Shown here piece after piece: positions 1 to 7,796 of a stretch of DNA of 25,259 bases. Location: NCBI GenBank assembly GCA_963624325.1, contig CAVFPH010000025.1:1-25259 (forward strand), in the 5' to 3' direction. The DNA comes from a bacterium. Its GTDB lineage: Bacteria > Bacillota > Clostridia > Christensenellales > Aristaeellaceae. The translations under genes and the position numbers were made by a program. The notes beneath the pieces were generated by a model. It was not told the origin of the DNA. It worked only from the letters and a program-made list of their open reading frames with translations, and searched no databases. How positions within the stretch are numbered: the first letter of the stretch is position 1; each line of letters starts with the position of its first letter.

Positions 1-298
1 CGCCCATATTGACCAGCGTGCCGATGGTGGAATAGCTTACTTCGGCGATGTCGGGAGCTTCACCGGCATTGGCCAGGGTGGTCAGCTTGCCGTTGTGCTC
101 ATCCCAGGAAGTCTTGATGATTTCGATCTCAATGTTGGGGTAGATGGCCTTAAACTCATTGGCCCAGGTTTCAATATCGGTCAAGTAGGTGCCGGTTACG
201 GGGGGAACCATCACGGTGATGGTATCGGTTTCGGCCAAGGCGGGGACGATGCCCAGCGCCATGATGGCGGCCAACAGGATAGCGAGAATCTTCTTCAT
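1..298 (-). CDS. ABC transporter extracellular solute-binding protein (family 1, carbohydrate type), N-terminal part; gene runs off the window
   Basis: Absent from the ORF track because it has no stop in the window. The reverse complement reads MKKILAILLAAIMALGIVPALAETDTITVMVPPVTGTYLTDIETWANEFKAIYPNIEIEIIKTSWDEHNGKLTTLANAGEAPDIAEVSYSTIGTLVNMG. This is a signal peptide plus the W..F....P.I.V...W....KL....AG..PD pattern of family-1 binding proteins. GGAGG (310-306) lies 7 nt upstream of the ATG at 298-296. Confidence 0.6.
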   Translation of the reverse strand, partial: MKKILAILLAAIMALGIVPALAETDTITVMVPPVTGTYLTDIETWANEFKAIYPNIEIEIIKTSWDEHNGKLTTLANAGEAPDIAEVSYSTIGTLVNMG

Positions 299-360
299 GT
301 CAAAACCTCCGCTGTTGAATTTTACAGGATTCCATATATGACAGAAATCCTTTTGCATGT

Positions 361-389
361 ATTATACGAAACGGAGGACGTTTTGTCAA
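361..389 (-). promoter_or_regulatory. SigA-type promoter for the solute-binding protein gene
   Basis: The minus strand reads TTGACA (389-384), a 17-nt spacer, then TATAAT (366-361). Both hexamers are exact consensus and lie about 60 nt upstream of the ATG at 298. Confidence 0.55.
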
Positions 390-393
390 TCAG

Positions 394-419
394 AAAAAAC
401 ATCGGATTGCAATTCGATG
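394..419 (-). terminator. Putative intrinsic terminator after the aldolase-family gene
   Basis: The minus strand reads CATCGAATTGCAATCCGATG followed by TTTTTT. The stem is short (5-7 bp) and lies 40 nt downstream of the stop at 461. Confidence 0.45.
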
Positions 420-460
420 CCTTCAGAGGCTATTCTTGTTTCCTTTGAACATAGCGATTA

Positions 461-1504
461 TTATTTTAAGCTTTGAAGGACGTCCTTCAGCGCTTTCGTT
501 TCAGCCTTGGCTGTTGCCCAGCTGGTTGCAAAGCGTATAATCGTGTGCGTATCGTCGTATGCTTCCCAGAAACCATAGTCCACATATTGCGCCAAGCGCG
601 CCAACACGCTGTTTTCCATGATGCAGAAAACCTGATTTGTCGGCGAATTAAAGCAGAGCTGATATCCGCATTGCGCCAGGGCCAAGCGGATGTTATCTGC
701 AGCCTGAATGGCGGGAATACCCAGCTTTTCATACAACGAATCGGTAAACAATGTATCAAACTGGATGCCGAGCAGCCTTCCTTTTGCCAGCAAGGCACCG
801 TGCTGCTTGATGATTGTAAAGAAATGGGGAATCATATCAGGCTGCGGGATAACAACGGCTTCGCCAAACAGCGCTCCGCACTTGGTGCCGCCGATATAAA
901 ATACATCACACATTTGTGCAAGATCCGGAAGAAACACATCGTTGCTCGGACAGGCCAGCGCATAGGCAAGCCTTGCACCATCTACGTATAATGGTATCTT
1001 GTGCATTTTGCAAACATTGCTGATTGCGGAAAGCTCTGCTTTGGAATACAGCGTTCCGTATTCGGTCGGCTGCGAAAGGTAGACCATGCCGGGCATAACC
1101 ATATGGTCATGTGTCTCGTTGCCCAGATAATCACAGAGCAGCCGTTCGATCTGATCTGCGGATATTTTTCCGTTTGTGTTGGGAACAGTCAGCACCTTGT
1201 GCCCGCCAAGCTCAATCGCGCCTGCCTCATGCACGCTGATATGCCCGCTGTCCGCAGCGATAACGCCCTGATAACCGCGCAGGAGCGCATCGATTACCGT
1301 TGCATTCGTCTGGGTTCCGCCCACAAGGAAGAATATTTCGGCATTCGGGGCAAGACAGGCAGTACGTATTTTTTCCTTGGCGGAAGCGCAATAGGCATCC
1401 GATCCGTAGCCGGATGTCTTTTCCATATTTGTTTCATTAAGCCGCTGCATGATCAGGGGAAGGGCACCTTCCTGATAATCACTTGCAAAAAACAGACGAT
1501 CCAT
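461..1504 (-). CDS. ltaE: Low-specificity L-threonine aldolase / beta-eliminating-lyase family PLP-dependent enzyme
   Basis: ORF 461..1537. I prefer the start at MDRLFFASDYQEG (ATG 1504-1502) because GGGAGGA sits 8 nt upstream. Family hallmarks present: FASDY, GGTQTN, HI..HE.G, YVDGARL, GGTKCGA (PLP lysine). Confidence 0.8.
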   Translation of the reverse strand: MDRLFFASDYQEGALPLIMQRLNETNMEKTSGYGSDAYCASAKEKIRTACLAPNAEIFFLVGGTQTNATVIDALLRGYQGVIAADSGHISVHEAGAIELGGHKVLTVPNTNGKISADQIERLLCDYLGNETHDHMVMPGMVYLSQPTEYGTLYSKAELSAISNVCKMHKIPLYVDGARLAYALACPSNDVFLPDLAQMCDVFYIGGTKCGALFGEAVVIPQPDMIPHFFTIIKQHGALLAKGRLLGIQFDTLFTDSLYEKLGIPAIQAADNIRLALAQCGYQLCFNSPTNQVFCIMENSVLARLAQYVDYGFWEAYDDTHTIIRFATSWATAKAETKALKDVLQSLK

Positions 1505-1528
1505 GACATATATCCTCCCAATTGAAGC

Positions 1529-1576
1529 GAACGCCAAACATCCTGCATTTTTCTAAATACCTGATGTTTGACGTTC
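1529..1576 (-). other. Intercistronic stem-loop between the ABC ATPase and the aldolase-family gene
   Basis: The minus strand reads GAACGTCAAACATC, a 20-nt loop, then GATGTTTGGCGTTC. This is a 14-bp stem with one G-U pair and no U-tract after it. Confidence 0.4.
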
Positions 1577-1590
1577 ACATGGTTTAATGA

Positions 1591-2331
1591 TTATCTTGCA
1601 ATGAAACGAGACAAAAAGTCCCGCGTTTCCGATTTTTGCGGTGCACCGAAAATCTGCTGCGGCGTCCCCTCTTCGCAGATAACGCCGTCATTCATATACA
1701 CCACATGCGTACTGATGTCGCGTGCGAAGGCCATTTCATGCGTGACCACCAGCATTGTCATCCCAGCCTGTGCCAGTTCCCGCATAACATTCAGGACTTC
1801 TCCGACCATTTCAGGATCCAGTGCGCTTGTCGGTTCATCAAACAGCAGAATCTCCGGCTGCATCGCCAGGGCTCTGGCAATTGCAACGCGCTGTTTCTGT
1901 CCGCCCGAAATCTGCTGCGGGCGCGCGTTGATGTAGGGTGCCATGCCGACTTGCCGCAAATACCGCATGGCGGTTTCACGTGCCTCATCCGGCTTTTTCT
2001 TCAACACTTTCATTTGCCCAATCATGCAGTTTTGAAGCACCGTCATGTTGTTGAAAAGGTTAAAAGACTGAAACACCATGCCGACCTTTGCTCTGTAAGC
2101 CGCGGCATTCGTATGACGTCCCACCATATCCTGCCCGTGAAAAAGGATGTGCCCATCCGATGGGGTTTCAAGCAGGTTGATGCAGCGCAGCAGCGTGCTT
2201 TTGCCCGATCCCGAAGCCCCGATAATGGAAGTAACGTCTCCCTTGTGAACGGAGAAATCAATATCCCGCAGAATTTCGTGATTTCCAAAGGACTTGGAAA
2301 GATGCTGTACCTGCAATATCAGCTCGCTCAT
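1591..2331 (-). CDS. Polar amino-acid ABC transporter ATP-binding protein (GlnQ/HisP type)
   Basis: Walker [11 protein letters not shown]-loop, signature [15 protein letters not shown], Walker [14 protein letters not shown]-loop VTHEM. Start taken at MSELILQ (ATG 2331-2329), which overlaps the permease stop as ATGA. Confidence 0.9.
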   Translation of the reverse strand: MSELILQVQHLSKSFGNHEILRDIDFSVHKGDVTSIIGASGSGKSTLLRCINLLETPSDGHILFHGQDMVGRHTNAAAYRAKVGMVFQSFNLFNNMTVLQNCMIGQMKVLKKKPDEARETAMRYLRQVGMAPYINARPQQISGGQKQRVAIARALAMQPEILLFDEPTSALDPEMVGEVLNVMRELAQAGMTMLVVTHEMAFARDISTHVVYMNDGVICEEGTPQQIFGAPQKSETRDFLSRFIAR

Positions 2332-3182
2332 TTTCCGTTCTCCTTCCATGCGTCCTGAAGCTGTTCATGGTTTACTTCATCATAGGGACTTCCTTTGCCC
2401 GGATAATTGTACGTTCCGGCGGTTGCCACAAGCGGATCCTCGCAGACCAGATCATAGTTGGAACGCCCGGCCAGAAGCTTTTCCAGCTTGCGAAGCAGGA
2501 AGGAAGCAATCAGCGTCATGGTTAAATATCCGACCATCTCGATAGCGGCGGAAGGGAAGAAACGGTAGGTTGAGCCCGCAACGGCTTTGTGCACGGCGAA
2601 GAAATCGTTAAAGCCGATGATAAACATGACAGATGTATCTTTGACGTTGATGATAAAGTTGTTTCCGATTTGCGGCATGATGTTGCGCAAAGCCTGCGGA
2701 AGGACAACACTCAGCATCGTCTGAAAATGGGTCATGCCGATCGCTTTTGCGCCTTCGGTTTGCCCGCGGTCCACCGAAAGAATGCCGCCGCGAACGGACT
2801 CTGCCATGTAAGCACCCGTGTTGATGGACACAACCAGGATGGATACTGCCCATATATCGCGGAACTGCACGGCGTTATTGGTGAAATATGGCAGCCCGTA
2901 ATAGATGAACACTGCCTGAAGAATCATAGGCGTGCCGCGGAATATTTCGATGTAGGCACGAATAATCCCCCGAAGCAGTCCCAGCAGCGTGCGCTTCACG
3001 ATATGATCGTTGCGGGAGCAAGGAATGGTCTGCAGTATGCCGCAAAGAAAACCGATGATGCAGCCGATCAGCGTGGCAATTACGGCAAGCAGCAGGGTGT
3101 TTGCAATGCCGCTTGCGTAAGATGTGCCGTACTTGTTCCACAGCGTGGCGATATCGTCAAGCAAAGCAGAGAATCTGTTCAT
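2328..3182 (-). CDS. Polar amino-acid ABC transporter permease (His/Glu/Gln/Arg/opine family)
   Basis: Multiple hydrophobic helices and an EAA-like loop ([24 protein letters not shown]). Sits directly between the binding-protein and ATPase genes. It has a roughly 50-aa hydrophilic C-terminal tail beyond the usual core. Confidence 0.9.
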   Translation of the reverse strand: MNRFSALLDDIATLWNKYGTSYASGIANTLLLAVIATLIGCIIGFLCGILQTIPCSRNDHIVKRTLLGLLRGIIRAYIEIFRGTPMILQAVFIYYGLPYFTNNAVQFRDIWAVSILVVSINTGAYMAESVRGGILSVDRGQTEGAKAIGMTHFQTMLSVVLPQALRNIMPQIGNNFIINVKDTSVMFIIGFNDFFAVHKAVAGSTYRFFPSAAIEMVGYLTMTLIASFLLRKLEKLLAGRSNYDLVCEDPLVATAGTYNYPGKGSPYDEVNHEQLQDAWKENGK

Positions 3183-3233
3183 GAGGATTATTCGTTCCTT
3201 TCAGTATTGCGCCGCAGGGCAGCGAAGCGAAAA

Positions 3234-4070
3234 TTACTCGATGGGCTGAATGGCTGTAGCCTCTGCCATCATGGCATTGAAATCATCCGCCGTCATGGCA
3301 GACAGCACGCTGTCCAGCGCATCCTTCAGCACTGTGTTGCCCTTGCGGACGGAAATGCCGATGTTAATGTCCTCATCGGATACCGCAAAATTATCGTCGC
3401 TGCCGCTGAAATCAAGCAGCACCAGGTCGGGGTAGGCCAGCAGCGCGCCCTGCGCGGTAGGCATATCGGTGCAGATAAAGTCAACCATTCCGGATTCCAG
3501 TGCCATCAGCATGGCCGGAGCGGACTCTGCCGGCGATTGAATTTTGGCACTCTTGATCTGCGGAAGGCAGGTATCGTACCAAATCGTTCCAAGCTGAGAG
3601 GTGCAGTAACCTGAAAGCTCGGAAATGCCCTTGGCTTCAGCCTGCGGCGTTCCCTGCTTGGCAAGACATACAATGCTGGCATACAGGTAGGGGCCGGCAA
3701 AGTCCACCATTTCGGCACGCTCAGCCGTCATGGACTGACCTGCGATAACCGCATCCACAATGCCTGCCTGTACGGCGGGCACCAGGGAATCCCAGTCCAG
3801 ACGGACAATTTCCAGCTGCCAGCCATTGGCTTCGCAGAGCTTCTTGGCCATCATCACGTCATAGCCGTTGGCGTATTCGCGGCTGTCGCGAATGGGAACG
3901 GCTCCGTTGCTGTCATCCCCCTGAGACCAGTTGTAGGGGGTATAATTGCATTCCATGGCCACAGTCAGGATGCCGTCTTCAACGCCGGAGGGTTCATCTG
4001 CCAAGGCTGCCGGAATCATCGCACAGCAGAATACAAAGCAAAGTACCAGCGTAGCAAATCTTCTCATCAT
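3234..4070 (-). CDS. Amino-acid ABC transporter substrate-binding protein (family 3), secreted
   Basis: Signal peptide MMRRFATLVLCFVFCCAMIPAALA. Family-3 pattern (L.VAME..Y.P...........G.DV..AK.......W.LE.V...WD.L.PA...G..D..I.G...T.ER). First gene behind the lysine riboswitch. Confidence 0.85.
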   Translation of the reverse strand: MMRRFATLVLCFVFCCAMIPAALADEPSGVEDGILTVAMECNYTPYNWSQGDDSNGAVPIRDSREYANGYDVMMAKKLCEANGWQLEIVRLDWDSLVPAVQAGIVDAVIAGQSMTAERAEMVDFAGPYLYASIVCLAKQGTPQAEAKGISELSGYCTSQLGTIWYDTCLPQIKSAKIQSPAESAPAMLMALESGMVDFICTDMPTAQGALLAYPDLVLLDFSGSDDNFAVSDEDINIGISVRKGNTVLKDALDSVLSAMTADDFNAMMAEATAIQPIE

Positions 4071-4100
4071 GGGTCATACCGCCTTTCTTCTGTTTGCCTG

Positions 4101-4135
4101 AAAAAAATGAACCGCTTTCCGTGAAGCGGTTCATT
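4101..4135 (-). terminator. Riboswitch expression-platform terminator (attenuator) upstream of the ABC operon
   Basis: The minus strand reads ATGAACCGCTT-CACGGA-AAGCGGTTCAT followed by TTTTTTT. This is a perfect 11-bp stem, 30 nt upstream of the ATG at 4070. Confidence 0.75.
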
Positions 4136-4194
4136 AATCAAAGACCAAACAGAAACGGAAGGGAACGCCCACCGCGGCTTCTGCCATTCATCTT

Positions 4195-4356
4195 GATAGC
4201 GCTTCACAGGAATTCCTGCGACAGTTCGCCGCGTATTTCACGGCGACCCAGCCATCCGGGAATCAGACACATCCCGAACGCTTCGGCGATGTTCCCTTTC
4301 GCCTCGGTCAATGTCTGCTGCAACCGAAGGTACTCATGAACCTCGCGCCTCTATCC
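4195..4356 (-). promoter_or_regulatory. Lysine (L-box) riboswitch aptamer
   Basis: The minus strand contains the conserved L-box cores in order: GATAGAGGCGCGA, AGTA, GAAAGGG, TCGCCGAAG, CTGG, CTGTC, GAAGCGCTATC. GATAG and CTATC close helix P1. A terminator hairpin follows. Confidence 0.8.
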
Positions 4357-4375
4357 AAGTATTCAGTTCGCGGGT

Positions 4376-4405
4376 ATTGTAGCATTGACAGCATCATCCT
4401 GTCAA
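4376..4405 (-). promoter_or_regulatory. Promoter of the riboswitch-controlled ABC operon
   Basis: The minus strand reads TTGACA (4405-4400), an 18-nt spacer, then TACAAT (4381-4376). It lies about 20 nt upstream of the aptamer. Confidence 0.55.
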
Positions 4406-4468
4406 GGCATGCTCCGCCTTCCATGCTGTTTTTTCTTGGGTTGCATTTTTGTCAAACAAATGCGACCA

Positions 4469-4692
4469 TTATTTCCATTCTGCTTTTGAACAGTATGGCT
4501 TGACAAAGCCTTCCCTGACGGCTTCATTATCGCGGCGGATGGTGCGGGCCATGATTACCCCATTCATCCCCGGCATTTCGATGTCAAGTAGCAGGATGTC
4601 ATAAGCCTTGTTTTCCTCATAAAATGAAAGAGCAGCGCTTCGGCAGACTCAAACCGATCTGTTGAACTGTCAATTTGCGCGTTGCGCCCCAT
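4469..4692 (-). pseudogene. Relic of a response-regulator receiver domain (frameshifted, internally deleted)
   Basis: One minus-strand frame gives MGRNAQIDSSTDRFESAEALL. A second frame continues SFYEENKAYDILLLDIEMPGMNGVIMARTIRRDNEAVREGFVKPYCSKAEWK*. The DILLLDIEMPGMNG phospho-acceptor region is intact. The N-terminal acidic pocket, the beta4-beta5 region and any output domain are missing. Confidence 0.5.
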
Positions 4693-4711
4693 TGCTTAAC
4701 CAGTCCTGCTA

Positions 4712-4743
4712 CAAAAATTCCCGGCCGCGATGCGCCCGGGAAT
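4712..4743 (-). terminator. Intrinsic terminator after the pseudo-receiver gene
   Basis: The minus strand reads ATTCCCGG-GCGCATCGCGG-CCGGGAAT followed by TTTTGT. It lies 18 nt after the stop at 4761. Confidence 0.65.
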
Positions 4744-4760
4744 AAAGAATTTTGCATATA

Positions 4761-5591
4761 TCAGTTGCTTTCGTCTTCACCGGACGAAAGATGCTCCTGC
4801 GTAAGCAGGCAAAGCTGATCCATAATGTGGCAGTCCGTTATCACCATGTCCAGGCCGAGGTATTCCTTAATGTTTTCCAGCACCTCTTCCACATGGCTGT
4901 TGGCCTTTTCCACCAGGGTATTTTCTTCCAGATTGTCCTGATCACTGCGCTGGCAGGCCGCTACACGGATATGTCTCGGGGTAAGCACCGCCACGCAATA
5001 GTAGATGTTATCGCAGTACCGGCCGAAGAAATTGTTGCGCAGCGCATTTTCCAGCCGCTCGCTGCCGTAATGCCATTGGGCGGAAAGATAAACTTCTCCC
5101 TGCGGCAGGTCAAAATCAAACAGGATAGCCGGCTTTGTCGGAGCGACAAAGGAACGCAGCATCTGCAGCGTGCTGTTCAACTCCGCATCCGTTGCAACAT
5201 TGCCCGCAAGCAGGTTATGCGTGACTTCGTCACGGAGGATATCCAGCACCGCGTTCTCGTCATAGACATCATCTGACATATCGGCGTGAAGGCGGTCAAG
5301 CAGACGGCGAACGCTGATGATTTCTTCTTTCTGAGATTCGAGCGTGCGCTGAATCTGGAAGATAGGCATACTCGGACGCATATTGTTCAGGTAGAAATTC
5401 AGCTTCCTGGCCTCATCCGAGTCCAGCATATAGGCAATGCCGTCTATACGCTTGCTTTCCATCACGCGGATGGCCTCGTCGGCATTGCTGACGATGACAG
5501 GTTCGTGAAAGCTCATGTTTTGCCAATTGGTGATCTGGTTGAGCGGTTCCAGCACGGCTGGTTCGTTGGTAGCGAACAACACTCGATACAT
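4761..5591 (-). CDS. YesN-like protein: degenerate receiver (pseudo-receiver) plus the YesN middle region, with no AraC-type HTH
   Basis: The N-terminus MYRVLFATNEPAVLEPL mimics MYKVLIVDDEP of AraC-type response regulators, but the DD pocket is TN. The middle segment (LLAGNV....PAILFDFDL.., CVAVL..) resembles the YesN linker domain. The ORF ends without a helix-turn-helix. GGAGGA lies 6 nt upstream of the ATG. Confidence 0.55.
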   Translation of the reverse strand: MYRVLFATNEPAVLEPLNQITNWQNMSFHEPVIVSNADEAIRVMESKRIDGIAYMLDSDEARKLNFYLNNMRPSMPIFQIQRTLESQKEEIISVRRLLDRLHADMSDDVYDENAVLDILRDEVTHNLLAGNVATDAELNSTLQMLRSFVAPTKPAILFDFDLPQGEVYLSAQWHYGSERLENALRNNFFGRYCDNIYYCVAVLTPRHIRVAACQRSDQDNLEENTLVEKANSHVEEVLENIKEYLGLDMVITDCHIMDQLCLLTQEHLSSGEDESN

Positions 5592-5626
5592 TGCAAATCC
5601 TCCATGCAGGCAGCACCTGCCTGACC

Positions 5627-5655
5627 ATTATACATGAAGAGGGCGCGTTATGCAA
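5627..5655 (-). promoter_or_regulatory. Strong promoter for the pseudo-receiver gene
   Basis: The minus strand reads TTGCAT (5655-5650), a 17-nt spacer ending in TG, then TATAAT (5632-5627). A CAGGCAG-GTG-CTGCCTG hairpin follows, just before the RBS. Confidence 0.55.
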
Positions 5656-5692
5656 TTACTTTCAGCAATATTTTGTCACTGACAGCCATCCG

Positions 5693-5712
5693 CCGATCTG
5701 CCGATCTGCCGA
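5693..5712. repeat. Short tandem repeat (CCGATCTG x 2.5)
   Basis: CCGATCTGCCGATCTGCCGA read directly from the sequence. It is intergenic. Confidence 0.9.
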
Positions 5713-5939
5713 ACAAACTTTTCGTTTTGCGTCTGTTTTTGAAAATTGATTGTTCCATGGAATTTGCTTTACTCGACATTTTCTTCGCCACGGCAATACC
5801 GAAGTAGAGCGATGCAAAGATCGGGGCGATTGAAGATAAATGTTGTGATTCACGGCTGTGAGGAAATGCCAATCGTTCTTTCGCAGCTTTTTTGCGTACA
5901 TACGCATTCGTCTTTGTCCTTCGTGTTCATATGCTGTCA

Positions 5940-5968
5940 TTGTCTCGGAAAAAAATTTATGTTATTAT
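5940..5968 (+). promoter_or_regulatory. Putative promoter of rqcH
   Basis: TTGTCT, a 17-nt spacer ending in TGT, then TATTAT. It lies 20 nt upstream of the GAGGTGA RBS and the ATG at 5989. Confidence 0.45.
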
Positions 5969-5988
5969 ACTTTCCGAGGTGATGAATT

Positions 5989-7725
5989 ATGCCGCTGGAC
6001 GGCTTGACACTTGGCTTTCTTGCAAATGAACTGCAATGCACGCTCGTCGGTGCGCGGGTAGAACGCGTAACGCAGCCGGAAAAGGACATGCTGCTGCTGG
6101 CGCTCCGCAATAACGGGCAAAATTATAAGCTGATATTGTCCGCAAGCCCGAGCTTTGCAAGGGTGCATTTGACAAGCGGCCAGTTTGTCAATCCCGTGGA
6201 TGCACCGATGTTCTGCATGCTGATGCGCAAACACCTCTCCGGGGGCCGCCTGCTTGAAATCAGCCAACTGAATGGCGACCGTGTCCTGCTTCTTCGCTTC
6301 GAATCGCAGGATGAACTGGGCGTTATGCACCCATACGAAATGTACCTGGAAATTATGGGACGCCACAGCAATCTGACACTTGTACGTGACGGACGCATTA
6401 TTGATGCGATTCGTCATGTAACGGACGGCATGAGCCGCGTACGCCAGGCACTTCCGGGGTTGGCATACATTCTTCCTCCATCGCAGGATAAACTTTCACC
6501 TCAAAATGCAACGCAGCAGGATCTTTTTGACCGCCTTTCGCTTTGCAGCGGAAGACTGGATAAAGCATTGGCCGGATGCATCGCCGGCTTCTCATCCGTT
6601 TCCGCACGGGAGATTGCCTTCCAGCTGACCGGAACGGAGCAGCCCGATCTTTCCGATATTGACCTTCCGAAGCTGTGTGCCCGACTGAATACTGTTTTGG
6701 CTGAGCTGCCCGACCTGCACGCGCCTGTGCTGCTGCTTGATGAAACGGGATTGCCAACCGATGTCTTTCCGTTCCGCTACGCCACATTTCCGCCTGAACG
6801 GCAGCAGCCGATGGCGTCTCTCTCTGCTGCGCTTGAGGCTTTTTACGATGTTCGGGATCGCCGTGACCGCATTCAGCAGCGTTCGGTCAGCTTGCGCAGG
6901 CTGGTCAAAACGCATATGGAAAGATCTGAAAAAAAGCTTGCAATTCAGGAAAACGAACTGCTGGAAGCAGACAAAATGGAAGACTATCGTGTGATGGGGG
7001 AATTGCTGACTGCTCAGCTTCATATGGTACCTCGCGGCACGCCGTCGGTTATGCTGCCGAATTATTACACCGGAGAAACCTTGGAAATCCCCTTGGATGT
7101 CAGCTTAACTCCCGCACAGAATGCGCAGCGGTATTTCAAACGCTACCAAAAGGCCAGGGCTGCAGCAAGATTGGCTGCAGAACAGAAGGAAAAAACGCTT
7201 GCGGACATGCGTTTGCTGGAGGAGGCATTGATTGGCATTGAAAGCAGTGAAACAGAGGATGACCTAAACGACATCCGCCGTATGCTGACCGATGCGGGAT
7301 TTCTTAAGAAAACAGCCGACAGAAAGAAAATGCCGAAGAGTCAGCGCCAGTCAGCGCCGATGCGCTTTCTCTCACAGGATGGTACCCCAATATCAGTGGG
7401 TAAAAATGCGCTGCAAAATGAGCGCCTGACGCTTGCCGCCGGGGGAGAGGATGTCTGGCTTCATGCAAAGGACATGCCCGGCTCCCACGTTATTATCCAT
7501 ACAAAAGGCGGCGAAATCAGCAACGATACGCTTTTGACAGCCGCCCGATTGGCAGCGTTCTATTGCAAGGCGCACGGCATATCCGTACAGGTTGACTATA
7601 CAATGCGAAAATTTGTCAAAAAGCCGTCCGGCACACCGGTGGGCTTTGTCCGCTATACGCATCAAAAAACGCTGCTTATGACGGTTACAGAAGCGGAAAT
7701 ACGAAAAATAAACCAAATTAAATAG
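5989..7725 (+). CDS. rqcH: Ribosome quality-control protein RqcH (NFACT family; historically called fibronectin-binding protein A)
   Basis: 578 aa. N-terminal NFACT-N (MPLDGLTL..L..EL......R..V.QP), a central coiled coil, and a C-terminal NFACT-R/DUF814 block (DVWLHAKDMPGSHVII...AARLAAFYCKA). Confidence 0.9.
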   Translation: MPLDGLTLGFLANELQCTLVGARVERVTQPEKDMLLLALRNNGQNYKLILSASPSFARVHLTSGQFVNPVDAPMFCMLMRKHLSGGRLLEISQLNGDRVLLLRFESQDELGVMHPYEMYLEIMGRHSNLTLVRDGRIIDAIRHVTDGMSRVRQALPGLAYILPPSQDKLSPQNATQQDLFDRLSLCSGRLDKALAGCIAGFSSVSAREIAFQLTGTEQPDLSDIDLPKLCARLNTVLAELPDLHAPVLLLDETGLPTDVFPFRYATFPPERQQPMASLSAALEAFYDVRDRRDRIQQRSVSLRRLVKTHMERSEKKLAIQENELLEADKMEDYRVMGELLTAQLHMVPRGTPSVMLPNYYTGETLEIPLDVSLTPAQNAQRYFKRYQKARAAARLAAEQKEKTLADMRLLEEALIGIESSETEDDLNDIRRMLTDAGFLKKTADRKKMPKSQRQSAPMRFLSQDGTPISVGKNALQNERLTLAAGGEDVWLHAKDMPGSHVIIHTKGGEISNDTLLTAARLAAFYCKAHGISVQVDYTMRKFVKKPSGTPVGFVRYTHQKTLLMTVTEAEIRKINQIK

Positions 7726-7796
7726 TTCCTTCCCCTTTTCCGCTTCGGTGTAATGGTGTAAAATATGCTTACTTGCTACAGAAAGGATGGAAACCA

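Noticed and set aside
2589-3614. 341-aa plus-strand ORF overlapping the permease and binding-protein genes
   Set aside because: It is antisense to two genes with clear family signatures. The composition is rich in Arg, His, Gly, Gln and Ala with no recognisable motif and no RBS. This is a typical shadow ORF.
4094-4400. T-box leader. My first impression came from ...GCCGCGGTGGGCG... resembling the T-box GGGTGGNACCGCG core. The 81-aa plus-strand ORF 4094..4339 was also considered.
   Set aside because: The order of conserved blocks (AGAGGCGC, AGTA, GAAAGGG, GCCGAAG, CTGG, GCGCTATC) fits the lysine riboswitch. There is no specifier loop, AG bulge or K-turn arrangement. The ORF is antisense to a structured leader and has no RBS.
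4406-4434. Plus-strand hairpin GGCATG…CATGCT followed by TTTTTT, resembling a terminator
   Set aside because: The stem is only 5-6 bp, and no plus-strand gene lies upstream for it to terminate. It sits just upstream of the minus-strand riboswitch promoter and is probably fortuitous.
5648-5940. Small ORFs (74 aa TTG-start, 92 aa) and a possible sRNA in the roughly 390-bp gap between the pseudo-receiver gene and rqcH
   Set aside because: They have no RBS, a non-ATG start and an implausible basic, low-complexity sequence. The 74-aa ORF overlaps the promoter at 5627-5655. I could not find a convincing promoter-plus-terminator pair for an sRNA. The only clear element is the trivial CCGATCTG tandem repeat.
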